Part shown: positions 41,571 through 50,059 of the stretch, piece by piece
Layout: every line of letters begins with the position of its first letter
Numbering within the stretch: position 1 is the stretch's first letter
DNA from: Gammaproteobacteria bacterium
GTDB lineage: Bacteria > Pseudomonadota > Gammaproteobacteria > SG8-11
Assembly (NCBI GenBank): GCA_013151345.1
Contig: JAADIM010000038.1
Span: 1-60,175, forward strand
Length of the DNA stretch: 60,175 bases
Direction of reading: 5' to 3'
Notes under the pieces: generated by a model
What the model saw: only the letters and a program-made list of their open reading frames with translations
What the model was told of the DNA's origin: nothing
The model's database searches: none
Translations under genes and position numbers: made by a program

Positions 41571-41618
41571 TTAACCAAGGAGAGATACTCTCTTCCATGG
41601 CGGCCGCCACTTGGTTAA
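41571..41618. promoter_or_regulatory. Inverted repeat TTAACCAAG-N30-CTTGGTTAA in a divergent promoter region
   Basis: The arms are perfect 9-bp sequences at 41571-41579 and 41610-41618. They enclose a gagag-ata-ctctc hairpin and a perfect 10-bp GC palindrome, ggcggccgcc, at 41599-41608. Confidence 0.4.
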
Positions 41619-41722
41619 AATCGACTTTAGGCCGTGTCTTTATTTCAGAAACTGCTTGTGTGTCCGCTAAATAATATGTGATAAACGATCCAAGTCAAAC
41701 AATTGATCAAATTAGGTGGGTT

Positions 41723-42895
41723 ATGTCTGATTCCTTTGGTGAATTTTCAGTTACGCTTGTTAAAAAACTCACTGAACCTAATAGTAAGCTAAAAAAGCAC
41801 ATCAATAATGACCACAAATTGCAAATCGCTAAAAGCAATGGTGATATTGCGAATCTGGATTTAACCCCATTTATTTCAACACCACAGCCAGTAACTGCTA
41901 ACACCTTTTTTTGGGGAGTGAGCAATGTTACTGGATTGTTTAATGCCTACGACAATGCACGCGATGCATTGCCATTTGAAAAGGATGTTAGCGGGACGTA
42001 TAACAACGTATGCAATTATGCGGATCAGTTCTTGAGTGCACTTTTTTCTGACGCAAAGTCTTATCTCACCAATGAGCAGGCCGCCGTAATCGCTGAGTGG
42101 GTGAGCGACCTGGATATTTATGCTGCCGTTAAAGCGACAGAGTCTTTATTGAATAGTCGTGCAGATATCGCGTTATTGATGTTGGCAAAACAAAGGGATT
42201 GGATAGTGCATTTTGATCATATGGCTATTCGCTGTGGTTCGTCTTCCAGAAAAGATGCTGAGCACGTTGTGGAATTGCTTTGCAAAGAGCATGATTATGT
42301 TTCATCGCAGGTAGAGGGTGAAGATTATTATCAGTTTCCGGAAGGTTGGAACGCTTACCCATTATATAAAATGCTTGAGAATGGGCAGGTGTTGCGAATT
42401 TTTGTGGACCAGTCCGGCGCGGGCCATCCGGAACAAATTATTCAGCACTGGAATTATGTGTATGGCTATACCGCGCATCATTTGGCAATGCGTGTGACAC
42501 GGGTAGTAAATTGTCAACGCGTAGCGGTCGGTCTGGATGAGCTAATAACTGCTCTGCAGAACAAAGGTGTCAATACCATGACGCCCACAGGTATGTATAC
42601 AGAGGGGTTACTTCAGCAAGTATTTACCAAGCCAGAACGAAACGAAGCAATTCCTGAAGAAATTATGCAGTCATTTCAATCGATTGACGCCATGCAAGCC
42701 AAAATCGGCAATGGGAAGCTTTTAGAACTAGTCTCACGCAAGGAAGTTGATGTGGACTTGGCAAATCAATATTTTGCACTTTATGGATTAACCTACGACG
42801 CTTCAAATCCACTCCATTCCGTGCCCATATATCATTATTTCCTACCTGCCCAGGCAGCGCATGTCATTAAAACTTCTATAGAAACTGATAACTGA
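41723..42895 (+). CDS. DUF1338-family protein (2-oxoadipate dioxygenase/decarboxylase HglS-like) with a long N-terminal extension
   Basis: 'HFDHMAIRCG', 'LRIFVDQS' and 'TAHHLAMRV' fit the DH.A.R / R.F.S / .H...RV pattern I recall for DUF1338. I trimmed the start to the ATG at 41723, preceded by AGGTGGG. The listed ORF starts with GTG at 41678. Confidence 0.55.
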   Translation: MSDSFGEFSVTLVKKLTEPNSKLKKHINNDHKLQIAKSNGDIANLDLTPFISTPQPVTANTFFWGVSNVTGLFNAYDNARDALPFEKDVSGTYNNVCNYADQFLSALFSDAKSYLTNEQAAVIAEWVSDLDIYAAVKATESLLNSRADIALLMLAKQRDWIVHFDHMAIRCGSSSRKDAEHVVELLCKEHDYVSSQVEGEDYYQFPEGWNAYPLYKMLENGQVLRIFVDQSGAGHPEQIIQHWNYVYGYTAHHLAMRVTRVVNCQRVAVGLDELITALQNKGVNTMTPTGMYTEGLLQQVFTKPERNEAIPEEIMQSFQSIDAMQAKIGNGKLLELVSRKEVDVDLANQYFALYGLTYDASNPLHSVPIYHYFLPAQAAHVIKTSIETDN

Positions 42896-43077
42896 ATCAC
42901 ATTTGCGAAATTTAGAATCTGGGAAAATCCACATTCGAGGATTAAACCCGAATACATTAAAGGCTATTGTTATTTTTCCGATAATGTTTTTGTTAGTGTT
43001 GCTTGGTGTTAGTAGCGTCGTAGAGGTTTATCTCAATTAATTAAAGAATTTTCTCAGATCCAGATGTCGGTGTAACC

Positions 43078-44319
43078 ATGTTGTCAAATTTTGCAGAGCA
43101 CACGGTTGTGTATAATGAAGCTGGTGCCGACAATTATCAGGCGTCTAATCCCAGCAGCGCCCCCTACCTTGGTGCATTAGGCCTTTATATAAACCCCTTT
43201 TCTGCCCAACCTGACGACGAGTTTTATTTCGAATCACTCGCATTGCAGCAGCGATTCCAGACCCTTTTTCATATGGTTGAAAACAACAAAGCGTTGTTGT
43301 GTGTGACCTGCGATGAAGGGGGCGGCAAAACGAGTATGTTGCGGCGCTTCGTAAATTCTTCTAAAGAAACCTGGCAGCCGTTTGAAATTCATGTTGGTAC
43401 AGTAAGCAATGACCGGCAAATTTTAGCAAAAGTTGCCCAGAGTATTAATGCGCCAGTATGTCGATATCAATTTACAAGTATATTAAGTCGTGTGCAATTG
43501 TTAAATGAAAATAATCGCTTCCCCGTGTTAGTGATTGATGATGCGCACAAACTCAGTCCTAACGTTGTTTCTACGCTACAGAAACTCAAGCACAAAATAA
43601 TTAAAAAAGAATTGAAAATGAGTATTGTTCTTTTTGCAGATCAAAGTATAAAAACAATACTGGCCGACAAGTTGCTTCGTGATTTGTCTGACGAGTGGGT
43701 TTATTCAATTTATTTGCCACGTCTGTCAGAAAAAGATACAGCTCTTTATCTTCAACATCGTATGGCCGTGGCGGGCATGTTGATTGATAAACCATTTAAA
43801 CCTGCAGATGTAAGTGTTATTTATAAGTTATCAAAAGGGTTGCCCCGAAAGACAAACGAAGTTGCGCATAGAATGTTGGTGTGTAATTTTGGCGACGGTC
43901 GCCCGGTGCGTACGATACAGTTGGCGTGGTTACAAAAATTAAAGAACATAAGTGCTGAAAATAAAATTTATTTTGTTATGGGCGTTTCTTTGCTTGTTAT
44001 GTTAATGTTGGTTGAGCCGATGGCGAGTAAGCGGATTGCCGGTGTCGAATCGCCTGCACTATTATCTACAACATCATTATCTACAACATCGAGTGTAGTG
44101 CATACGAGTGATGCTTTTGCTTTGGGTGGCGATTTCAATGCAAATAAACAAATATATGGCGAAGAACAAGAAATTTCAAATTTATCGGCACACAAGTTAG
44201 GGCAGCAGTCCGGTATGTTATCTTCGGTTAATTACATGGACAAAGAATGTGATTCTAAAATATTTATTGACTGCGGAAATAAAAAGGGAAAAATAGAGAA
44301 AAATATATCCTATAAATAG
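43078..44319 (+). CDS. ExeA/MshM-like AAA+ ATPase with a C-terminal TM helix and Ser/Thr-rich tail
   Basis: The ORF has an N-terminal 'LGLYINPF' motif, Walker A 'DEGGGKTSM' and Walker B 'VLVIDDAHKL', followed by a TM helix 'IYFVMGVSLLVMLMLV'. Confidence 0.65.
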   Translation: MLSNFAEHTVVYNEAGADNYQASNPSSAPYLGALGLYINPFSAQPDDEFYFESLALQQRFQTLFHMVENNKALLCVTCDEGGGKTSMLRRFVNSSKETWQPFEIHVGTVSNDRQILAKVAQSINAPVCRYQFTSILSRVQLLNENNRFPVLVIDDAHKLSPNVVSTLQKLKHKIIKKELKMSIVLFADQSIKTILADKLLRDLSDEWVYSIYLPRLSEKDTALYLQHRMAVAGMLIDKPFKPADVSVIYKLSKGLPRKTNEVAHRMLVCNFGDGRPVRTIQLAWLQKLKNISAENKIYFVMGVSLLVMLMLVEPMASKRIAGVESPALLSTTSLSTTSSVVHTSDAFALGGDFNANKQIYGEEQEISNLSAHKLGQQSGMLSSVNYMDKECDSKIFIDCGNKKGKIEKNISYK

Positions 44320-44410
44320 CGCCTTCCTCAGTTAATTGTTTTGCTTTAACTGTGTTATATTAGTTCAGCGATATTAGTTCATCGGTGGTTAGTGTTAGTT
44401 CAATTATATA

Positions 44411-45595
44411 TTAGTCTAGCAACGTTGGTATTTCTTTAATTAACGCATTTCTTTCTTTTGTTGCGTTCCCCGTCAATGCAAATCCTCTCATGTTGTTGTT
44501 TTTGTCAATGTACAGTGACCTGGTTCCGCTATCTGTATTTGTTGATTGCCATTGTCCCTCCAGGTCTGGTGGTGGTGGAAGGATAACGACAGGGTGGGCG
44601 GGTGTTTTAATGACTATGGGCATTGCCGGGTATGTCACTTTTGTTTCTTGTTTGGCAAGTGTTTTTGCTAACGCGCGCGCTGAATTCATTAGTGGCAGTA
44701 CGTAAGGCAGCACCAAGCCGTTTATTTCTGCACAATCGCCCAGCGCATATATATTCGAAATATTTGTTCGCAAATACTGGTCAACGACGATGCCTCTATT
44801 TGCTTTGATCCCACACGCGTTCGTTAGCGCCGTCCGTGGGCGTAAACCTACAGCAGAAAGCACCAGGTCAATCTCATTTATCACCGTGGTTTCGTTCGAG
44901 TCCGTAGTAGAAAGTGACAATTCAAATTTACTACCATTGCGACTTATGGTTGTTACCGATTTCAACAAATGCCATTCAACGCCAATTTGCATTAGTGCTG
45001 AATGTAATGTTTCGGAAGCGGCTTCTGGCAACAGATTTAATAAAGGTAGTTTAGTGCGTTCTATTACTTGCACTTCCAGGCCTGACGAACACAGGTCATT
45101 TGCAAATTCACAGCCAATCAAGCCACCGCCGATAATTGCAATTTTTTTTGCTCCCTCAATACGTTTACGAAATATAGCATAATCAGCCAGGTCGTTAACG
45201 GATATTGTTTCGTCAGATGCATTGCCTTCTAGTGGAAGCTGGATTTGATCGGCGCCTACGGCTAATACCAGATTGGAATATTGCAGCTCTTGTTGTGTTT
45301 TATCTGAATTCACGGTGTAAATAATATTTTGTTGTGGGTTTATAGCAGTAACATCTGTTTTAGTTAGAATGCTGGCGTTAAGTTGATCGGCCATTTGGTT
45401 CGCATCGGATGTGGCTATGTTATTCGCTGTTATCCCTTTAGCAAGGGCATTTGACAAGATGGGTTTGGAATAGACGCTACCATCATCCGCAGTGAGAATC
45501 GTAATGGGGGATTGTTTATCGAGTTTGCGAAATTCTCTGGCCAGAGTATAACCGGCCAGTCCGGTTCCTACTATGATGGTTGGTTTTATAAGCAT
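44411..45595 (-). CDS. rubB: Rubredoxin--NAD(+) reductase-like FAD/NAD(P) oxidoreductase
   Basis: The ORF has an FAD motif 'IVGTGLAGY' and an NAD motif 'IAIIGGGLIGCEFA', with 'ALGDCA'. It lies immediately downstream of the rubredoxin gene. Confidence 0.75.
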   Translation of the reverse strand: MLIKPTIIVGTGLAGYTLAREFRKLDKQSPITILTADDGSVYSKPILSNALAKGITANNIATSDANQMADQLNASILTKTDVTAINPQQNIIYTVNSDKTQQELQYSNLVLAVGADQIQLPLEGNASDETISVNDLADYAIFRKRIEGAKKIAIIGGGLIGCEFANDLCSSGLEVQVIERTKLPLLNLLPEAASETLHSALMQIGVEWHLLKSVTTISRNGSKFELSLSTTDSNETTVINEIDLVLSAVGLRPRTALTNACGIKANRGIVVDQYLRTNISNIYALGDCAEINGLVLPYVLPLMNSARALAKTLAKQETKVTYPAMPIVIKTPAHPVVILPPPPDLEGQWQSTNTDSGTRSLYIDKNNNMRGFALTGNATKERNALIKEIPTLLD

Positions 45596-45706
45596 TTGGA
45601 TTTGATCTGCTATTTTGATCTGCTAAAAGGATAGTGTGCGTAACTGTGTTTCGGCCAGATTGCGGCCCACTTACGTGTGTGCTATTTTTATTATTACCAA
45701 CATCTG

Positions 45707-45883
45707 TTACGCAACATCTGTGATATCTACCATTTCAAAATCACTTTTGCTGACGCCGCAGTCGGGGCAGGCCCAATCATCGGGAATGTCATTCCATTTT
45801 GTACCCGCTTCAATGCCTTCATCGGGTAATCCTTCTGTTTCCTCATAAATAAATCCACATACCAAACACTGCCACTTTTTCAT
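45707..45883 (-). CDS. rubA: Rubredoxin (58 aa; not in the supplied ORF track)
   Basis: My own translation of the minus strand is [58 protein letters not shown]. It carries the two CxxCG knuckles and the 'WxCPxCG' signature. Confidence 0.88.
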   Translation of the reverse strand: MKKWQCLVCGFIYEETEGLPDEGIEAGTKWNDIPDDWACPDCGVSKSDFEMVDITDVA

Positions 45884-45993
45884 ATCTTTAGCTCTCTCTT
45901 TATAAACGCGTGTTAATTGAAATTTACCTTACATAATACTGCTTTAACGCTAAATTGTGGTCAAGTTATCAAAATTCAAGCATTTTATTACAA

Positions 45994-46012
45994 AGAATGC
46001 AATTTGCATTCT
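45994..46012. promoter_or_regulatory. Perfect 19-bp palindrome AGAATGCAA-T-TTGCATTCT upstream of rubredoxin
   Basis: The palindrome is read directly from the sequence. It sits ~110 nt upstream of the rubA start, in the divergent rubA/bactofilin intergenic region. Confidence 0.45.
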
Positions 46013-46300
46013 CAGGAAACCTATTTATTTACATGTGAAATATTACCTAAATTAGGCTGTGTAGTGTAATGCATCCCGGCAACCTGTTTATCCAGTTATC
46101 TGACTATTCTTCAGTGGGACAAAAGGTATTGGTTTTATCCTGTTGATACTTTTGGTGTTTCTTTTTAATCAGCAGGATAATATTTTGATTGAATTTAAAA
46201 AATTACGACTGTACCTTGCATTTTCTATTAAATAAGGTTAATTTTGCAACAAATATTAAACATAAATTCTGAATTACATTTAGCTAGCTATAATTAACAT

Positions 46301-46777
46301 ATGAAAAAAGAAATGACAGTTTCAAAAGGGACGACACTTTTCGGCGAATTAAGAACCAATAATAAAATTAAGTTGGAAGGGCGTGTTGAGGGGAGCGGTA
46401 TTATTAATAATACATTGCTGGTTTCTTCTGATGGTGTTTGGATTGGTAATATTATAGCTGACGTGGTTATCGTAGACGGTACGGTAGAAGGCAATATTGT
46501 CGCCAAGCAAAAACTTTTACTTTTAGCAAATGCGAAGGTTTTTGGATCTTTGTATAGTAAAAATATACATGTGGAAAAAGGTGCTGTATTGACAGGGAAG
46601 TTGCAAATGAATGCGCCGGCGCCATTAGCTCTAATTAACGACCCTTTAAATTATAAATCTGATCCCGATTTGTTAGAATCCGGTGTGTTAGAAACTGCTG
46701 CGTTAACAGATGTATTAGAGAATAATACCAGTGCAGGTTCTCGCAAACTCACGTATCCTAAGGTTGGCGTTGCGTAA
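46301..46777 (+). CDS. Bactofilin-family cytoskeletal protein
   Basis: A repetitive beta-helix pattern runs through the core: 'KLEGRVEGSGIINNTLLVSSDGVWIGNIIADVVIVDGTVEGNIVAKQKLLLLANAKVFGSLYSKNIHVEKGAVLTGKL'. Confidence 0.8.
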   Translation: MKKEMTVSKGTTLFGELRTNNKIKLEGRVEGSGIINNTLLVSSDGVWIGNIIADVVIVDGTVEGNIVAKQKLLLLANAKVFGSLYSKNIHVEKGAVLTGKLQMNAPAPLALINDPLNYKSDPDLLESGVLETAALTDVLENNTSAGSRKLTYPKVGVA

Positions 46778-47024
46778 ATCAAAGTTCATAAACCAATGAC
46801 AGATGTTAGACATAATCTGCTTCGTCTCTTAACGAAATATATCTAAGTTAATATCCGAGTTAATGGCTAGGTTAAAAAGAAAAACGTAACATTCTTTAAG
46901 CTAGCGTTAACGTGCCTTTTATACAATTCACACAGATTATGTGGTATAGTTGTCGTGACTTTATTAGTTTGACTGGAGTCTCGGATTGGTAACATTTGGT
47001 GCATGGAATCAAGGAAGTTCAAAA

Positions 47025-47561
47025 ATGAATTTGACAAATTTCGTATCTCGAAAATCTGCTTTTCTAAAATTTGTTGGCGTGATTTTACTAATTGCTTATC
47101 TGCTGACGACGCCTTTCACGTTTGATATTATCTGGCTGATGATGGGGCTGTTGGTGTCCTTTAGTGCGTTCCTGTTTTATATCTTAACCGTTGTCACTTT
47201 TAATAATTTTAATGGCGTTGAAGGTTACAATGAACAGCAGCAATTCGTAAAAAGCAAACGTACCTGGGATGCCCGTTTAGCAGGTGCAGAAGATGGTGTT
47301 TTTTTACTGCCTTTATTGTTTATCGGGATAGATCCTTTATCTGTGGGTATCGCGTCTATATTATTTTGGGTGTATAACTATCCCAAGTTCTCCAAGCTGT
47401 ATTGTACGGTTAAAACTATTGCCTTTTTTATAGTGGGGTTGTGGATATTGCCGTATGGTATCTGGCCGGTAGTTTTGTCTCATATCATCGTTGATACATT
47501 GGTGACTTACAATTTATCAAGTTGGTTGGAACTAGAAGACGAAACAGCGAAAGATGTTTAG
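47025..47561 (+). CDS. Multi-pass membrane protein of unknown function
   Basis: An ATG at 47025 is preceded by AAGGAAG. The protein has about 5 hydrophobic helices and no recognised family. Confidence 0.45.
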   Translation: MNLTNFVSRKSAFLKFVGVILLIAYLLTTPFTFDIIWLMMGLLVSFSAFLFYILTVVTFNNFNGVEGYNEQQQFVKSKRTWDARLAGAEDGVFLLPLLFIGIDPLSVGIASILFWVYNYPKFSKLYCTVKTIAFFIVGLWILPYGIWPVVLSHIIVDTLVTYNLSSWLELEDETAKDV

Positions 47562-47597
47562 TTGTTTGTTTTTTAATCATAAAAACCGTATGGATAT

Positions 47598-47814
47598 GTA
47601 GGAGAGGTACGCTCCTCCCTCCCATAGAGTGATAGGAAAAGTAGAAATACCGTCGGAGCAGCAGCAGTCGAAAGCAGCGTAGGACGCTGTTGTTGAGGAC
47701 ACGGAGAATAGGTTTTTTTCTAATTTCTTCCTAATACATTTTTACGATCAAGCTTGTTTACACACTTCCATTCTAAATCAAAACAATAACACGATTTTTT
47801 TCTCTGTGTCCCTC
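47598..47814. repeat. Structured non-coding region with nested hairpins and a ~100-bp-spaced inverted repeat
   Basis: Three features are visible: tgtaggagaggtacgctcctcc (47598-47618), a cagcgt-agg-acgctg hairpin (47675-47689), and gaggacacggagaa (47696-47709) paired with ttctctgtgtccctc (47800-47814). Confidence 0.55.
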
Positions 47815-47962
47815 GGCAACTGTGCCCTGTTCTCCTGCATTACCTAACTATCTACACCCATCTAGGTGTCCGTGTTAAACTGTCTATGCTGCCACTTAAA
47901 TTTATATTTAAATTCTACTTATCCGATAACGTTAATGAAAATGAAAACGCACAAGTGATCGG

Positions 47963-48703
47963 ATGTCCTGGAAATCGCGTACACAAAAAATCAAATCTAC
48001 GATACGCCAACCTAAGATATGGCGAATTATCAAGTGGAGTTGGCGTGTTTTAATTGTGTTAGTTATCATTGATGCTGGTTATATCATTGCCATCACACCT
48101 GACTGGGATCTTTATGCAACGGGTCCAGTACAACAGTCCCGCTTTATTCAAAAATATAAGCAAGACAGCTTGCAGCACAAGCAGTGGCCCAATCTGCGAT
48201 GGAATCCGGTGTCTTTGTCACGAATTCCTGATCACGTTGTTCGGGCGATTGTCGTTGCAGAAGACAGTCGTTTTTTTCAACACAATGGATTTGATGAAGA
48301 GGCATTCAAGGAAGCGATGCAATATAATTTGTCAAAAGGTCAGTTAATTCTTGGTGCTAGCACTATTTCTCAACAGACAGTAAAAAATTTATTCTTGTCC
48401 TCTTCCAGAAATCTGTTACGCAAATGGCATGAGTTTGTTCTTACTTATACAATGGAGCGGAATATCAGCAAGAAAAGGATTATCGAAATTTATTTAAACG
48501 TCGCAGAATTTGGCCTTGGTATATATGGCGTCGAGGCGGCATCACATTATTATTGGGGCAAGTCAGTAAGTGAACTTTCTTTTTCAGAGGCAGTTGAACT
48601 TGCTGCAACTCTACCTGCGCCAGTTAGACATAATCCCTCGACACAATCGAAATATTTTATTCGTCGTAAGAACAAGATTCGCAAGCATCTAGGGTATATT
48701 TAA
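47963..48703 (+). CDS. mtgA: Monofunctional biosynthetic peptidoglycan transglycosylase
   Basis: GT51 motifs 'EDSRFFQHNGFD', 'GASTISQQTVKN' and 'RKWHEF...E' are present. There is a single N-terminal TM helix. Confidence 0.9.
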   Translation: MSWKSRTQKIKSTIRQPKIWRIIKWSWRVLIVLVIIDAGYIIAITPDWDLYATGPVQQSRFIQKYKQDSLQHKQWPNLRWNPVSLSRIPDHVVRAIVVAEDSRFFQHNGFDEEAFKEAMQYNLSKGQLILGASTISQQTVKNLFLSSSRNLLRKWHEFVLTYTMERNISKKRIIEIYLNVAEFGLGIYGVEAASHYYWGKSVSELSFSEAVELAATLPAPVRHNPSTQSKYFIRRKNKIRKHLGYI

Positions 48704-48996
48704 ACGAAAATTATCAGCATCGAACGGGGTCAGAGAACAATACTTTCTAATTTAGATAAGTAAGATGCGGATAAGTAAAAAATAAGTTTAAGTGAATTAG
48801 ACGATGCCATTACATTTATTTAGTTGTGTAAGGATAAACCTAAATAAATCAGTTGGATCGATTGCGCGCACCTAATGCACTGAATCTATAGTGTTTTACT
48901 ATTTTTTAACCGAACCCGGCCCTGATCATGGGCTAGGTAATGAGTAGTGTCTATCTCACCCTAGCGACCTGAGGTACCCTAAACGAAAATTATCAG
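48689..48996. repeat. Direct repeat (17 bp exact, ~28 bp imperfect) duplicating the mtgA 3' end and flanking a ~260-bp ORF-less segment
   Basis: taaacgaaaattatcag occurs at 48701-48717, which includes the mtgA stop codon, and again at 48980-48996. The preceding ~11 nt are also similar (ctagggtatatt versus ctgaggtaccc). Confidence 0.8.
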
Positions 48997-49017
48997 GAAT
49001 TGTTAGATACTTTTTAT

Positions 49018-49578
49018 TTAAATAAAAGGTATTTTTGAATGATAACGTGTCACGTCGTGAATAAAATTCTCAATATTGTTTGTTTCCAGCAAGTTTTCTT
49101 CATTTTCCGTTGGAAGGCGCGGAAGCAAACGTGTAATTTCACTTGCGAAAATGCCTGAGCTATTTTTTATGTGTTGAGTTGTTGTGCTGGAAAAAACAGG
49201 CGTATTGTATAAACCACAACTGGGAGATCGGCTTTTAAAAATAAAGCCACTTAGGTCAGGATAGTTCTGTGCTATTTGTTTGGCGTATGTGGCCAACGAT
49301 TGCGTTACATCTATGCATGGATCATGAATAAAGACAGCGCCGGGTTTTTCAGGTGTATCAGGGTCGTCTATCAAATGAATCGGTGCACGAGGCACGCCTA
49401 AACCGATGCCTACCTCCGGGCAGATCGCAATAAATTCAACATACTCACTTAGGCGACTAACAATAAAATCGTTGCGTTTGTCTTTGCCATCATAACGTAC
49501 GTAATGACCGAGTAGGCAACTGCTGATACCTACGCGTGGCTTACGGCGGTGGTGTAAGTCGTGTTTTGTATGCGTCAT
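49018..49578 (-). CDS. DUF523-family protein
   Basis: 'VGISSCLLGHYVRYDGKDKRN' and 'FKSRSPSCG' fit the DUF523 pattern. The start is uncertain (49578 or 49593) and overlaps the upstream gene's end. Confidence 0.6.
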   Translation of the reverse strand: MTHTKHDLHHRRKPRVGISSCLLGHYVRYDGKDKRNDFIVSRLSEYVEFIAICPEVGIGLGVPRAPIHLIDDPDTPEKPGAVFIHDPCIDVTQSLATYAKQIAQNYPDLSGFIFKSRSPSCGLYNTPVFSSTTTQHIKNSSGIFASEITRLLPRLPTENEENLLETNNIENFIHDVTRYHSKIPFI

Positions 49579-50059
49579 TTTTTTTGCTTGCATAGCCTTT
49601 AGGGCGAATCGCGACGGTGTTGGTTACCTGCGTGCATTGCGTACCATCTTTAAGATAGAGTCCATATTTGAACGTGGGCGTACTCCGGCCGTTTTTTTCC
49701 AGGTCGTTTCTTATTTCGTTTTCCTGGGCAGGGTCAAATTTAAACCGCAATTCGAGATCAGTACTGCCTTCGCGTATGAAATCAATATGCATTGAACGTG
49801 TCCAAATAGAATAACCTGGAAATTTCTTTGCACAGGCCAATGCTGCCACGGGGTCAGCAATTGAGGCCTGGTAACCACCAAACATGCTATTCCCCATATT
49901 TCGCGAAAACAGCGTTAACGGTAGTCTTATTCTAACCGATTGCCAGTCTGTGCTTAATTCGATTACTTTTATACGCATTAGCCAAAAGGGCGGATAATAT
50001 TCGATACGTTTTTTTTCAGGTAAAAAATGCAGTCTGCTGATAAACCGTAATATATTCAT
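49541..50059 (-). CDS. Hot-dog-fold thioesterase-like protein (PaaI/YiiD_C/DUF4442-like)
   Basis: The size and 'GNSMFGGYQASIADPVAALA' resemble the hot-dog thioesterase core. The assignment is from memory only. Confidence 0.45.
   Translation of the reverse strand: MNILRFISRLHFLPEKKRIEYYPPFWLMRIKVIELSTDWQSVRIRLPLTLFSRNMGNSMFGGYQASIADPVAALACAKKFPGYSIWTRSMHIDFIREGSTDLELRFKFDPAQENEIRNDLEKNGRSTPTFKYGLYLKDGTQCTQVTNTVAIRPKGYASKKNDAYKTRLTPPP

Noticed and set aside
45994-46012. Reading the 19-bp palindrome as a Fur box or an NsrR box
   Set aside because: Only the 9-1-9 geometry matches. The half-site AGAATGCAA does not align to GATAATGAT (Fur). It fits the AAGATGCATTT-type NsrR half-site only loosely. 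I kept it as a generic operator candidate.
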